A DNA stretch of 64,000 nt from positions 3,162,001 through 3,226,000 of the forward strand of contig OX597826.1 in assembly GCA_951406725.2 (NCBI GenBank), read 5' to 3'. The first letter of the stretch is position 1. Each line of letters starts with the position of its first letter. Below the pieces are notes generated by a model that was not told the origin of the DNA, ran no database searches, and was given only the letters and a program-made list of their open reading frames with translations. Both the position numbers and the translations under genes were made by a program. This DNA comes from Octopus vulgaris. Its lineage: Eukaryota. Below are positions 27,171 through 43,380 of this stretch, piece by piece.

Positions 27171-28179
27171 GTATGTATATAGACTGATATACATAAACAT
27201 ATACACCCACGCAGGCACTCATGCACACTTACATATATTAATTTACGTGTCTTGCACGCAATATCTATCAACCGACTTCGCTAGAGCAGAGGGTTTTGAA
27301 GAGACTGTAGTACATGACACATGCTCAGCAAGCGGAAAACACTTGTTGACCCAATGTGCTTCTTAACTAATGGGCCATGTCTGCCTCTTTCCTTACTTTT
27401 CAGAACTCTCTTCCAATTTTGGCGTAAGTCCTGTAAGTTTTGGATTAGGCTAATAGTGAATACCATCCCCTCCACTTCTCACCAGTCAGAATTTATCGAT
27501 CTCGAAAGGGTGAAAGACAAATTTAATCTCCTACGGCATTTGATTTCAGGATATAACATAATACTTCTAATACGAAAATGAATGGCACGATGCGTTTTGT
27601 CCTATTTCATATCAGGGTTTTCATCTCGCCAGTTAGTGAGTTTTCGCTAAAGCCGGTAATATATACTGCAGTATATATATATATCCGGAAGATTCTAGAA
27701 GCACTTATCCCGAACTAAGATTAAATTTCAGTTTTCACGACAGTCCGGCTTAAAGGTACGTGAAACTCTGAGTACCACTTCTGCGAATAATTTTGCATCT
27801 TCCAACGCCATGGTTCCAGGTTCAGTACCAGCCCGTGGACCCTTAGGCAAGTGTCTTCTACTCTGGCCTCGGGCCAACAAAAGCCTTGTGAGATCTGCTG
27901 GATCTCACTCGTAAGGGAATCTTACATTGCTTATATACTCTATATTTGGAAGGACTCATTTTAAACTCTTTTGGACTTTTGGACTTTACTCATGGGATAT
28001 TGGAATATTGCATATATACCATTATGCCTAAAAAATTATTTTATACACACGCTGACATAGAACCAACGTTGAACCCTTTATTTTTAATATTACGGAATCT
28101 GGAACTTAACTATGGTCTGTCTATAGCACTTATTCAACATTACCTGACACCTTTGGGTCTCAATGACACCATTACCTTT

Positions 28180-28240
<61 letters not shown>

Positions 28241-29130
28241 AGAATTTAGCAAAAAATACGAAGGCGAGTGTGTAAACAACAAACATATGTATATATATAT
28301 ATACGTACAGACATATATATTTACATATACGTGTGTGTGTGTGTGTGTAAATCATTGTAACATTTAATGGTGCTTTTTCACTTATTACTTTATAAAGTAA
28401 TACCTTGAGATATCTTCCACAGTTAATAACAAAAGATATTTTGTTGTTATTATGAAATCTCAAAATAAATATATAACATTTTCCACTTATTCATTCTCTC
28501 TGGCACAATGTTTACACGGTGAGATACAAAAACACAAACTCACACACAAACAAACAGACGCAGACATCCTTCAAAATGTTTTCATTGAAAATATCTTACA
28601 AGACTATACCATACGTGTCATATCATACAAGACTCTATCACATATATGTATAATATATTACGTCGATGCTTTTATTACATAATATATTCAGTATATTTAT
28701 TTAAAAATACCATCACTGTTACTGCGTCGTATAATATTGATTTCAAAATTTTGGCACAAGGCCAGCAAATTCGCTGCGTGTGCTAAGTCGATTAAATCGT
28801 CACCATTATACAACTGGTTCTTATTTTATTGACTGCAAAAGTTTAAAAGGCAAAGTCAACCTCTGCTGAATTTTGACTCAGGACATAAGAACTGCATACT
28901 AACGTCTCTTCCAGCTCACCGTCTTAGATGCATCGTATAATATTATGGCATAAAACAGCATATTTGTTGAAATATTTCTTTGTACAAACACACAAATCTA
29001 TACAGATTGCCCTTACAATTTCGTACATACGTACCCACTCATAGTGACACAGGCGTGTATGAATGCAGGCATTGATAGGCCAATGACCAGCGCTCTTAAA
29101 ATGTTAGATTACGTGTAATAATAGTCATAA

Positions 29131-29586
29131 GGCGGCGAGCTGGCAGAAACGTTAGCATGCCGGGCGAAATGCTTCGTGGTATTTCGTCTGCCGCTGCGTT
29201 CTGAGTTCAAATTCCGCCGAGGTCGAATTTGCCTTTTATCCTTTCGGGATCGATTAAATAAGTACCAGTTGCGCACTGGGGTCAATATAATAGACTTAAT
29301 CCGTTTGTCAGTCCTTGATTGTCCTTTGTGTTAGCCCCTTGTGGGTAGATTACGTGTAATAATAGTCATAAGGCGGCGAGCTGGCAGAAACGTTAGCATG
29401 CCGGGCGAAATGCTTCGTGGTATTTCGTCTGCCGCTGCGTTCTGAGTCCAAATTCCGCCGATGTCGTCTTTGCCTTTCATCTTCTCGGGGTCGATAAATT
29501 AAGTACCAGTTGCATAGTGGGGTCGATCTTATCGATTGGACCCCTCCCCACAAAATTTCGGGCCTTGAGCCTAGAGTAGAAAGAAT
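29131..29586 (+). mobile_element. Two SINE family A copies in tandem (29131-29345, 29372-29586)
   Basis: Both start ggcggcgagctggcagaaacgttagc (A-box-like) and carry B-box-like gagt(t/c)caaattcc; their 3' tails differ. Confidence 0.92.
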
Positions 29587-30064
29587 ATATAATATTGATA
29601 CGAAATCTTGACGCAAGGCCTACATTTTCGGGGGAGCGGCTAAGTCGATTACATCGATCCCAGTGCTCAACTATTACTTATTTCATTGACCCCGAAAGAC
29701 ATTAATATTTAACAAGAATTTCAGCCGACAAGCTTACAGAATTGTTTGCCGGGCACGCCGAGCAAATGCTTCGCAGTATTTCATCCGTCTTCATGTTTTC
29801 AGTTCAAATTCCGCTGAAGTCGATTTCACTTTTCGTACTTTAGGTGTCAATAATATACTTTATATTATATAATATGTGTTTCAAAAAATACAAAACTAAT
29901 TATACTACAGTTGTAGAAACATTATTCTGATATACACTTTACGTCATCACTTCCAACAATAGGTACTACAATCAATATTAGGGCTGGAAATATATATAGA
30001 GAGAGAGATATGTATATATGTAAATATATGTATATATATGTATAAATATATATGTATATATATG

Positions 30065-30137
<73 letters not shown>

Positions 30138-30495
30138 ATAAATTTTCCCGTTATGATACTTTTCCACGACCTCGCATGCCATGTAGAGCACAGACAATCA
30201 AGAACGTTCGAATAATGCTGCTCCTATCTAGGCTCAAAATATGTGTAACCAGGGAGAGGGGTGGGGGGAGAAAAAGAAAAGAGAGAAAGAGAAGGGGAGA
30301 GAGATAAAGAGAGTGAAAACGAGTAAAACGAAAAGCTAAAAATGGGAGAAAGATTACGCACCAAACTGTGGACAAAGGATCAGTTCGAGTATTATTAGCT
30401 AGCACTTTCTACATTGCGGTTTACAATTGAAACAGAAATACCCATCTATGTCCATACGTATCTGTGTGATTCCGTATACGTGCGTGTAAGAATAC

Positions 30496-30873
30496 GGAAA
30501 CAAGTATGGCCTTACATCTTCGAAAAACCCATCACCTATATTGCACTCAGAAGCTTTCAAGAAAAGATCTTTTCAAGCTTATAAGAAAAATTAAATTCCG
30601 TAAGTTCAGCAGTTAGATGCAGAAAGATGTGAAAAAAAATAACAGAGATATAAAGAACTTGGATAAGATTTTCGTAAGTAGCGAGAAAACATGAACCCTA
30701 TACGCAGTTGAAAAACATCTTTACAAACAATTTATTTCGAATTGCCTTACTGACATCTACAAAAAAGATAACACGAATTTATATAAAGAGGTGAATATCG
30801 AAGCGAGAAGGATCGCTAACAACCTTAAAGTTAGTGATAGGACAGAATACCCACCCCACGCCAACCCTTTATA
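30496..30873 (+). pseudogene. Penelope-like element ORF remnant (region N-terminal to the RT core)
   Basis: With one frameshift and two stops it reads ...DLFKLIRKIKFRK...DIKNLDKIFVSSEKT*TLYAVEK...YKKDNTNLYKEVNIEARRIANNLKVSDRTE. This resembles the PLE IKFRK...ADKT.NLY...YKK...DRIE pattern (recalled, not searched). Confidence 0.8.
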
Positions 30874-31340
30874 GCCTGGTAGTTTTTTGGGAGCAAGCTT
30901 TGATCTTGTACCTTCTGTCTTTGCTTTCCGTCCTGAACTTCTCAACCACTGATGGGTTGTTGCTTGATCTGCATTAGCATTTCAAGTTACTAGTAAATTG
31001 TAGATATTAAAGTTTTAAAATTTACTGAAGATGATACTTTGTATGTCCGAGCAGTGAAAACTGCAGGTGTCCTTAGAATAAAAACAAAACATGTTTACAT
31101 TTTCGAACACTGAGGGAGAAAGGTATTCAGAGAAGTTGAGGATATGAAAGTTTTTGAAGCTGATCGTTTGTGTGTTCGAAAGCTGTAGATATATATGTTT
31201 CTTAACTTATAATGATGGAAAATTAAAATATCCACAGAGAAAGGTAGATATTCCAGTCTGTGAGAGTTACTTTTTTTTATGGAGTTGGAATAATAGACTG
31301 GTACGCCAACTATGACAACTATTATTATTATTATTATTAC

Positions 31341-31371
<31 letters not shown>

Positions 31372-31391
31372 GTTGTTGTTGTTAATAATAA

Positions 31392-31435
<44 letters not shown>

Positions 31436-31438
31436 ATC

Positions 31439-31474
<36 letters not shown>

Positions 31475-31884
31475 GTGTTTTGATTTGGCACCATGCATCC
31501 TGTAGATGGCTGCAGGAAACCGATCGGCCACTGGTCATGGAGCGTCACATGGCGCTGTTAGAAAAGGAATTCAGATCCCTTCTGAATTTCCTGGACTGCA
31601 TCGATGAATAGGAAGCGGGTGGCGTCAGGCTGTCTGGATGTGTTGATGTCTATTGAGGATGTGTAAGTGTAAATGGGAGTGTGTGTGTATGTGTGTGTGT
31701 ATGCAACTTGTATCAATGCGAGGATGTAAGTTTCTTATCTACTATGTGTTTGCGTATTGTGGTATATTTGTATGTAAGCTGGATCATCGGTGAAAGTTGG
31801 TGCTTATTTATGTGTATGGGTATGGGTGCGTATCGGCCAAGTGTGATCCCGTTGTGTGTCACCTTTGTATATGTGCTGTTATAT

Positions 31885-32590
<706 letters not shown>

Positions 32591-33697
32591 ATATATAAGT
32601 ATATCTACATATGTATATGCAGATATGCACGTTATATTTATTTGCATAAATACTGGTGAATAAACACAAGCGCTTGCGTGTAAACATGGTCTTAATCATA
32701 TACGACGGCCTGCCCACGCAAACATTCATCTTATGTAGATTTACCTGTAATTCTTCTGCTTACACACAGGCACAGGTTTATGCACGTGCGCTATACTATC
32801 ATGTGCGTATATATGGTACATATATATATATATACAGTGAGTATTTAAATATACGTAAGCATGCATGTCAGCATTCTTATACATGAATAAAATATGCAAG
32901 TTATAAATCAATGTTTTGTTGTTTGTTTGTTTTATATCATTTCGAATATTTTTGTCGAGAGGGACGAGATTTTGTAAATTTGTTCAATGTAATTTCAGGC
33001 AGCATTTAACACCTCATGATATGTTTATTAGAATTCTATTATCCTATTAAACATGCGACAGGCGTGTTAATATCGCTCGATACATATCTGCATATAAATT
33101 TAGCACATTTATGCATAGATACATACATACACCAAATAAGCTATGTCCATATACATACAAGTGTGTCCATATACATACATATATACATACATGCAAACAC
33201 ACGCACACACATATGAAAGTGTGGGCGTATCTGTAATTGTTTTTTGTGCATATCTATATATATAGTTCTCCAGGTGAGTGACAGTTTTAATGAGTGCTAA
33301 AGTATGAATTATTCCTTGGTGTTTTCTTTCTTTTTCATTTGGTATCGAATCAGTGAGATAAATTCGCTTCGTAAAACATTTACATATATCATCATTTCAT
33401 TTCATTTCATTTATATATGAGCTGTAATTCGGTTAAGTGCTGCCTTAGTACTTTCATGATATCGCGTACTGCATAACGGTCTAAGGTAAAGGTTTCACGC
33501 GTAAGTTCTCGTGCACTAAGAATGTATCAACATGAAGACAGTAGCAGGCAGGTGCCATGCAAACGAATGCTTGCACAGCAAACAGAATACTACCTGTTGC
33601 ATGTAATTAGAGAAACTATTTCAAATACTACTGCAGAGTAGTATACATACAAACGTACATATATATATATATATATATGTATGTATTTATGTATATA

Positions 33698-33740
<43 letters not shown>

Positions 33741-33771
33741 ATATACATACACACACACACACACACAATAT

Positions 33772-33836
<65 letters not shown>

Positions 33837-33923
33837 CAATAATTATTTATATTATATTTATATACACACACATATGTATATATACTATACATACACACAC
33901 ATATATATATATACATACCTATA

Positions 33924-33960
<37 letters not shown>

Positions 33961-33961
33961 T

Positions 33962-33992
<31 letters not shown>

Positions 33993-34902
33993 TTATGTAC
34001 TTGGGCGACGCTTTGTGTCTCTGTACATGGAAGTACATATACGCTCAAATCATTTCCCCCTTTTTATAAAAATTAATAAAAAAAACTCTAGAGTTTTTTT
34101 CTTAGCCTACCTCTCTTATTGTCGTTAGACTTAATCACCAGCAATACGCTTTCGCGCTCACGTAGCAAATCTTGTTATAAATTATTTGAATCGTGCAGTG
34201 CGAGCAACCTTATATTTCACTCGAAGATGCCCTAAAAGTTTGTGGAATCGGAGCAAAGTTGCCTCTGGATTCAGCTACGATAATTAAAGGAGCTATTATA
34301 ACTTGCAGCAAAATCGATAATTCAATAGATTGTATGGAATCTATCGTTGGTTTCACCTCGAGATATTTTAAAATTTGTAGCTAATATTTCGCAAATTATT
34401 TCCAAAATGATTATAGTTTATTGTGAAAATTATTTTAAGATTATTTTTTTAAATTATTTTTATTTTTACAGTGCCGGATTGAATGTCGTGTGATATTTAT
34501 CCGGGTCTCTGTATTGTTTGCTCTGATCACGACGAGGCCAACTTCCATCCTTTAAGGTTTGATAAAAAATAATTCCATTTTAACACTGGAGTCGATAGTT
34601 TCGACCAAACTCGATTCCCTAAATTGCTGTGCAGTAGGAATAGCAGCAGTAGTGGTATTAGTAGTAGTATTACTAGTAGTAGTAGTAGTAGCAGTATTAT
34701 AGGATTAAGATTGCTACATTCTCAACATATCTTTCGCATCAACAGGATTCACTCGAGGTAAAATATTGATACGTGTGATTCAGTAAAATGTTTTCTTATA
34801 TTGAACAAATCGGTTGGATATTAATGGCATTCCTTCTGTTTTGCTTTCCTACGTTCTTGCTCCTTTCATTTTTCTTTAAGTGTTGTTCTTCAATATGTAA
34901 TC

Positions 34903-35030
<128 letters not shown>

Positions 35031-36085
35031 GTGTGTGTATTTACGTATAAATAGAGAGAGAAAGAAGGATATATATATATATATATATATATACATACAT
35101 ATATAAATATAAATAGTATATTTATATATATATATATATATATATGCGTGTGTGTGAGTGTGTAATCTTTATCATTGAACTGTTTAGTTGCCGACTAGGA
35201 TGCGTACTTTCTCATTCGTTTAGTACTTTTTGCCACCTTTGTAGACTGGAAAAGCATGAAATAATTTACTTTTCTCTCGTAAGGCAACGAGCCATCCAAA
35301 ACTGGAATGGAACACATGACGTTATCTTCTTGAGACTTATAACATAGTCACTAACCCAAGTGACATACGGAAGACATCTAGATACATAACCAGTAATATA
35401 ATCACCCAGAGGCAATATTCTTTTGACTCTAAGCATTGAAAATGTTGAAGAATAAGTTCTTAATTTATTTTTTAAATTGTGTGCAGCAAAATATGATTAA
35501 TGAATATCGTAGATTTGTAGCTATCCTATATAACATGGGGGGGGGGAATAATTCATTAAAAAAATTAAAGTAACATCGCAGTTAGCACACATGCTGTGGG
35601 AATGAGATATCCCAAAGTGAAAAGCTGTGAACCTGTATTACTGAGTTAACTATCTTCATTACAATTTCAACGTTCTTCACGCTTCCGAACATATCTAGAT
35701 ATTAAGGATTACAAAGGCAGTGAGCTGGCAGAATCATTGGTAAATGCTTAGCGGCATTTCGTCCGTCTTTATGTTCTGAGTTCAAATTCTAGCGCGGTCT
35801 ACTTTGCCTTTCCTCATTTGCGGAAATATGAATAACAGATTCAACTGCATGAGTAGCGAACGTTAATCAAAATATATTCTTTGTATTAAAAGTTTTTCGT
35901 GATTTGAGAAAGTTTGCAGAAACCTAACGGTTATTGATTGTGAGTTTCTGACTCTGAGTAAGTGAGTAAGAGGTGGGTGTAATTTCACGAAGTTAAGAAA
36001 TATTTTTCTATGAATTTATATGCTAGGATGAAACGATCATTTTCTCTCACTCTCTCGCTCCTACTATCTCCAATTACACACACAA

Positions 36086-36163
<78 letters not shown>

Positions 36164-38658
36164 GTATTTGTGTGTCTGTGTACATCAGTGTCTGGAGCGG
36201 GATTCATTGTCAGCCGGTATTCATTCATGCATTAATGATTTACCGATCTTTCGTTGAAATTCTCGAAACGTATTTAGATGTTTCGACTTTTGAAAATGAG
36301 TTTAGAATATTTTTTCGATGAAACGGGACAAAATGTGATTATATATATATATATATATATATACACCCGCGCGCACACACACACAAACATATATATATAT
36401 ATATGTGTGTATGCATGTATGTGTGTGTGTGCGTACATCTAAATACTTTGATATGTCCGTGCGTGTGTATGTATCTCCTGTCTTGTGCCTGTAACACTTC
36501 ATGATTATGCTCTGCCTATTCACATTCCCTATATTGAAGAAATTTTGAATAGCTAGATAATTTAAGAAATTTTGTCGAACTGCGCTATGTAAAATGCTAT
36601 GTGGCCCTTCCATTTTTCAAAATATAACGTAACTATTTTTTCAAACCATATTTTCTAACCAAACTACTGCGCATATTGAATATATCATATTACCCCCACA
36701 CATAAAACTATAAATAATAGTACATAAATATTGAGCTGAGAATCCTTTTTTGGGTAGTAAATGTCGAAGGTATCCTCCGATATTTTCTCACCAAAAGGGT
36801 TTTTCAAACCAGTATTATGTGCACGCTATTATCTATACCTTTATGTGTGTTCCTGGAGATATATATTGTTAAAAAAATAAAGAAAGAAATTATTTCGCGT
36901 TCTCTCAAATGTTTATAAAATTTTTGAGATATAATATTACATTTTTTTTTTTCATATTCTTCCACTGCGTGTAATATATTTCTTTGTTTAGAGGTAGAAA
37001 TGTAATTCCAATATCACATGTTTTGAAACGATCGCTTCTTGTACTAAGTCTCTTCTCTCGTTCATTCTTGGAAATAATAAATGCTGTCTTTTCCAGCTGT
37101 TATGTTGTGTAATCTAAATTCTATTTCATATATCTCTACTTCTTTGATATATATACTACATTATTTCTTTTCTTTTTTTTTGAAATTCAAAGTTATAATA
37201 TTAAAACTGTATCTTTCTTATGAGACTGTATTTTTATCATTTACTTATACATTTTTTGTTAAATTTGTTTCGCTTTGGCTTTCTTCTAAGATTCCCCGAT
37301 ATTTATCACGTCTCTCAAAGTTTTACATAACGCAGTTGAATTCACTTATCCTGGCAACCTCCTTAGTATTTCTTGATCGAAGGAACCTTGCAAAATACAT
37401 AAACCCACACCATCGTTAAAGCTGTAGGCCCTACATATTTCGTTCGGCATAATTCTAAGTGCATTAGTTTCACATAATATTTTCCTTTTGACCTTTCAAT
37501 TCCTTACTCATAGAAGTTTTAACAACTACTTGTTCACATATATCCTTACTTTATAGTGGTTCTAAATTCTGGAAGAAGTGCAGCAATTTTGGGAGACGCT
37601 GATTAACTCAACCCCTGGACGGAATTTAAACTCAGAACGTAAACACGGACGAAATACTGTAAAGCATTTAGCCCAGCATACTAACAATTTTGCCATCTCG
37701 ACGCCCAATGCTCGCTTAATATTGATTTCAAATTATGGCAGAAGATCAGCAAGTTCGGTGGCGGGGCTTAGATCCATTAGTTTTACACCACTGTTCAACT
37801 GGTAGTTACTTTATCAACCTGAAATGGACGAAAGCCAAAGTCGGAATAAAAACTCAAAACGTAAAGACGAGCAAAAATGCCAGAAAGCATTTTCCAAGCT
37901 TGCTAACGATTCTGCCAGCTTTAAAATTAATATTTAAGTTAGAATCATCTGGAAAATAAAAAGACGCTTAGAATGATGTAAGAAGCATTAGTAAAACTCT
38001 AACATAAACGGAATTAGACCTGATCCAATTGTGTATCTTGTAATTTTCATTATTGATGTCTTCTGATGAAATAATACATTTTTAGATTCAGTCTTCTGTT
38101 TTTTCCTTTTAGTTATGCCTAATTACTGAATTCATTCCGCGTTTATTTTGTTTTTATTTCATAGTTCTTCAGAATTGTATTACTCTCAAGCAGTGCCCTA
38201 TTATAGGTCGAGAAATGTTATATTAATCTAATTAATTGTGTCTAGTCTCTGAAGAAATTTTCACAATCTTCTAAGTAGGTTAGTCGATATTTCTCCCGAG
38301 ACAGACCAAGTGATAACGAAGAGTGATCGTAGAGTAAACAAACGATATATTCTAATAAATTTCTGCCCTTGGTTACTGATACTGCTATCAGCCACTATAT
38401 TCCAAACGTTATTTTTGATGAAGCAAGTTGCTAACTTATTTATTATCTATCTCGGTGGAATACCGCTTCATAACATTCGCTTAACGCTTCTTGTATTGTT
38501 GGGGTCAGTATCTTGTATAGATAAGAATTTCCCACTGTGTGGCCCTTTGTGGGACGAGTGGGATAGCTTAGGCCCGACCAATGCCTCGTGAGAGAAATTA
38601 TTAGACAGAAACATTGATATAATATATATATATATATTGATATAATATATATATATAC

Positions 38659-38704
<46 letters not shown>

Positions 38705-38807
38705 TATAAATATAAATATCAATATCAATATATATATATATATATATATATATATGGATCAAAACATTTTGATGGCTGGTTGTTTTGAATGTGAATTCAA
38801 ATCCAAA

Positions 38808-38851
38808 ATGGCTGACGACTAGCATCACTCTCGAAACTCAAGAGTAACAAC
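38808..38851 (+). ncRNA. Decayed hammerhead motif (core intact, stems I and II eroded)
   Basis: CTGACGA...GAAA-CTCAAGAG-TA; stem III ACTC-aa-GAGT resembles that of the 24559 motif. Confidence 0.45.
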
Positions 38852-38942
38852 AAATTTGAATCAGACTGATTTGATCCATACATGTAACTCCCAATAAATT
38901 TGCTGAGTGCCCTTTTTCCGTTTCTCTTCTTCGGCATAATAG

Positions 38943-39120
38943 ATCGCTAGCCACTATATATTCTTTATTTTCTCTCCTTGTTTCTGTCTATGTTCCTTTC
39001 TGTGATGAGCGTAGGCTCGAAACTTTGAAGACTTTTTCACTTCCCGAGCGTTATACTAATACATCTGTTTGTTGTCTGCACCAGTTGTTTTCGCCTTTTG
39101 TTTGATATTAATTCTCCCCA
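38943..39120 (+). mobile_element. PLE-type terminus, GAGC-GTAG-GCTC family (decayed copy)
   Basis: Homologous to 56603-56783 and to the minus strand of ~49805-49995; ends at a TA-type tract. Confidence 0.75.
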
Positions 39121-39149
39121 CATATATACTAATGTATATACACACACTA

Positions 39150-39228
<79 letters not shown>

Positions 39229-39323
39229 GTATATATATTTATTTACTCTGCTATAAATTAATTTACTCTGCTATGTATTGAGTACCTTATTTACTGTGGT
39301 TAACCCCGACTCAACCCGGGACC

Positions 39324-39386
<63 letters not shown>

Positions 39387-42300
39387 TATATTTATCCACC
39401 TATCTATCTGACGATCTATCTATCTAGGGTTGAGCAAAATTTTAGCAGTACAATAATTTCTAGACTGACATTGCCTGTCACCGTTTGTTCAACAAACGTC
39501 TCTAGTCTGGGCTGCATCATGGCTGTAGTCTCTTGAAAGTAACAAGTATTAAGTAGAAATGTATCATAAATCTATAAACGGTTCTATTTCATATTCTATC
39601 CATTTCATTCATTTAACATTTCAATATTTGTTATCTGGTATTTTACTCTGCCTGATGCTTGTGGACTTCTCCCATAACATATCTGATCACGTAGTTTTCG
39701 TTCACCGTGTTGTTTCTATTTTAGTACAAATAGGCCTAGGTCCAACTTTTAAATGGTGCATTAAAAGAAGAATATCCTTCAACATTACTACCTAAATTAC
39801 ACGTGTACTGTACGATGAAATTTGAAGCGTTGATAGGATCTCTGGTAAGCGATATACGAGAGGTAATAACATTTAGAGCTAAATTTGTGGGAGATAAATT
39901 GTTACTAATGTAGGGAGAACTGTATTCGAGGTGCATGTATGTATAGATAGATAAGTGTGAAAGACCGGAATGAGGTCAATTGCTTGGTAATTGGGGAAAA
40001 AAGCCACTTTGAAATGTACGAGGATTAAACAATTTTGGGTGTAATTTAGGGAGAGACATAGAGAAAGAGGAGAGGGATGAGTTAGATTAAAATATTTTAT
40101 CGCTCGTCAGTGAAGGGATCTGAGGATGACGATTATCAGGGTTTGTAGATGTGGAGAATTCGAACGTTTTATGTATTATTGCTATTGTGAATGTTGCGCT
40201 AGAAATAAGTTCTCATTGATAAGGTTAATATACAATGTCGTTTCGATGAAAACCACCGCGTCCTTCTATTGTGAATAGTATCGTATATCTGACCTTGTTC
40301 TGTAAAAAGCATTCATTTCTTAGGAGAATATTGAGTGAATTGAGGAAAACTATGCCATTGCTTTCATCTGATCTACGTCTACATATATGTACTCATTTAT
40401 TTTCTCATAAATTAAAGGATATTTACGCTTCATGATTATTCCTACGCTTGCTTTTTTGTAATCAACGAAATACTCATGCCCCCAATACATCAGCCCCCAT
40501 GCTATGATAATATATCCTGGATATTCTTCCAATTTCCGTGCATTAAAGTACATGCGTAAAAGCAACTTTATTGCGTAAGCTATATTATGCCGGCAATATT
40601 GTTGCTGTTGCTGATGTTTTGTAGGTCCTCTTTCATCGAAAGCGATCCAAGCATAACCTTGATGGAATTTCAAGTTTTGTAAATTGAGAGCTGTATTATT
40701 CAACAGTTCATTTTCCTAGTTATCTTTCTTTTTTTAAAAAAAAACTGCAGTGTGCAATCATATAAAATCTGGCTGTTATTTCTTGTATGTCGATCGACAA
40801 CGTGAAGGCTTCCATTTGTTCCATGTTTTCGGTTCAAGCGTTTTCATGTGTCCCTTTACTTCTTTAAACAAGCAATCGTTATACTCCAATATTTATTTTA
40901 ACTATAGTGTATGAAAGATTAATATTTTTGTTTGTTTTACTTTCTCCATTGAAACGTCTCTGCTCGAGCTCTTCTGTTAGTTTTCTCCAACGTATGTTTT
41001 CTTTTCTCTTCTCCAAATAAATCTCCCATGCGTCGGGTATGCATTATGAAACCGATATTTGTAACAGTATCACTTTGCTAATTATAGAGATCAATATTTT
41101 CAGTGTACACTTCCAATGCAAAATCTCAGGTGAGATCCATAGCAAGAGGATTCAAATTGTTCTGTTTGTCTGCAGTATAGTTTCACCATTGCTATATTCA
41201 TCTGGGTGCTTACAGCGATCTGTTATTGTTGTTTCATTTTTAATGTTTTAGATTGAGTCATTGTTAGGAGAAATAATTCTTTCAGAAATCCTGTTTTTAT
41301 TAAATATTTCCTTTACACAGCGTAACTCAGATCTGTCTTCCTTGGGTTTACGCAGCGTTTTGCTTTGGTTTTGTATTTTATAGGGAATTGAAAGCATTTT
41401 ATATAATACATCTGGAATATTTCTGCGTTACGTAGAATTATAATGCGGCAATTGCTGCTAAATATCTTTGAATATTTTGCATTGGAATTATTGTGTGCTT
41501 TCATTGAGGACAAACATTTTTTTTGTGATTTAGGGAGGAATAAGTTTTCAGATATTTTTATCTGTGAGTAATTCATTATTTTGTTAAGTTATATTTCCGT
41601 AGTACACGTCTATGTGTCTTTATATTTCGTAGCTTGCTCTCGTTTCTCATTTCGTTTAGAATTGAGAGATCACTCTTCATGTTTTTTTTATCTTCTTTTA
41701 GTTATCCTTACATTTCTTTTCCCGTATGGCCACAATGATTTCGAGATCCTTAGATTTTAAGCAAAGGATGTCGCAATTACTTCCATAACAGCGACACTTG
41801 CGGCATATATTATTTCGTTTAACATTGTGATATTGATGTACATACCAGTTTCTATTTATGTTCATCTTATATCACCATTGGCGATACTCACGTTCACTTC
41901 TATAATGACCATCATTTCGTTTTCTACTACTGCTGCTACTTTAACTTCGAGTTGCATCCTCGAGGTGTATTTTCGTCGTTCAATAAGACAAATTATTTCT
42001 CTTATAATTCAATAGCTATTTCGATCATTTAATTATTGTCATATACATGGTGTTCAGTTTAGAATCATCTAATTTTAAACATACCACAGGTTCCTCTCTA
42101 TTATCATTTATACTTCGTTTGACAATATTTCACTGGTCTAAAAAGACTGCGACTTGGCTTGTCTTTTCATGTTTACTCTTTTGCGAAATCTTTGAGAGTT
42201 TCATTCTCGTCTTGTGAACTCATTTACCTCCCAAACTATGGAATATATGTGCTCTCCTCATGCATTCTTCTTTTTTTTTTTGTATGTTGTATTTCTTTGT

Positions 42301-43380
42301 CTAATATTTTTGGTTTGTTAATTTTTCGTCTTTATTTGCTCCCTTTTCATACAAAATTTTCCTGTATATGATTACGATAATCACAAGCAGTTCTTCATAA
42401 AGGTTCTTCTTATCTTAAACAGTTCTGTTCTTAATAGGATTAGGATTATCATAAATAGTTCTTCATAAATGTTTGACGATACTTATCTTCGCAAAACTTT
42501 CATTTCCTGGTGCCCTCACAAATCTTTTCTGTGTTCTGCTATTTAGTTTCAAATGATAAAGTATTCTTAGAGAGAGACTTGGCTGCAATATATTGTAATC
42601 AGAAGAACTGTGCGAACAGTTCTAATAATGATAGAAACAATCGCCATACTTAAAGACTGTATGTACTATAGAAAAGTATTCGACCTTCAGGCTATCGCTG
42701 CAGCTGTCTTGTATTAGCGGGAATTGAGAAAAATGTTTTCGACTTTTAATTAAATGTTCAAATAGTAAAACAAAACAAAAGTTCGTAAAAATTGGTGTAG
42801 TTGGTTACGATGGTACAAATATTTGCATTCAACAATTTTGTACTTCGTAAGTATCAAATACAAATTGCAAATTGAGATGAACAAAATGTTTCCGTTTTAT
42901 AAACTGTAGTTTGCGTGTGTGTGTGTGTGTGTGAGTGTGTGTGTATGTGTGTATGTGTGTGTGTGCGTGTGTGTGTGTTGGGTGTATGGATGGATGTTAA
43001 TGATTTGGTAATGTTGGGCGTAGGAGTGGATGGAAATGATTTGACTTCTCCTCTGTAACTATATAAAATGTTAACCAGTCACTCAGGTGCGTAACCATTT
43101 GCAATGAGTTAAATTACATATGGTAAAAACAAAAAAGAGAAATATTGTTTCATTTTTAACTGAATGAATTCACACAATTAATATTCTAATGCTGTATATT
43201 ATTAACACAGTCGTTCTGCACTTACACTCTTTCGGGGCTTATTGCGCTCAGTTCAAAGTTGATTAATACAGTCGTAACCTTTCCCATAGATACTACGTTT
43301 ACGCTTTGAATGGGATTTATGAATCCCCTACTGTTGGCATATGCTTCTTACTGGCAGGTATCTGAGCACCTTTGATTAGC

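Noticed and set aside
31475-31680. GC-richer block next to an (AAT)n tail, possibly a LINE 3' end or a short exon
   Set aside because: No diagnostic motif on either strand; left unannotated.
40085-40115. CTGACGA-GCG on the minus strand
   Set aside because: No GAAA, stem III or stem I follows; at best half a motif.
41104-41129. 26-nt microexon-like segment (ttttcAG ... cag|GTgaga); similar 18-nt and 33-nt candidates near 25785 and 56039
   Set aside because: Such motifs are expected by chance at this AT content and do not assemble into a recognisable protein.
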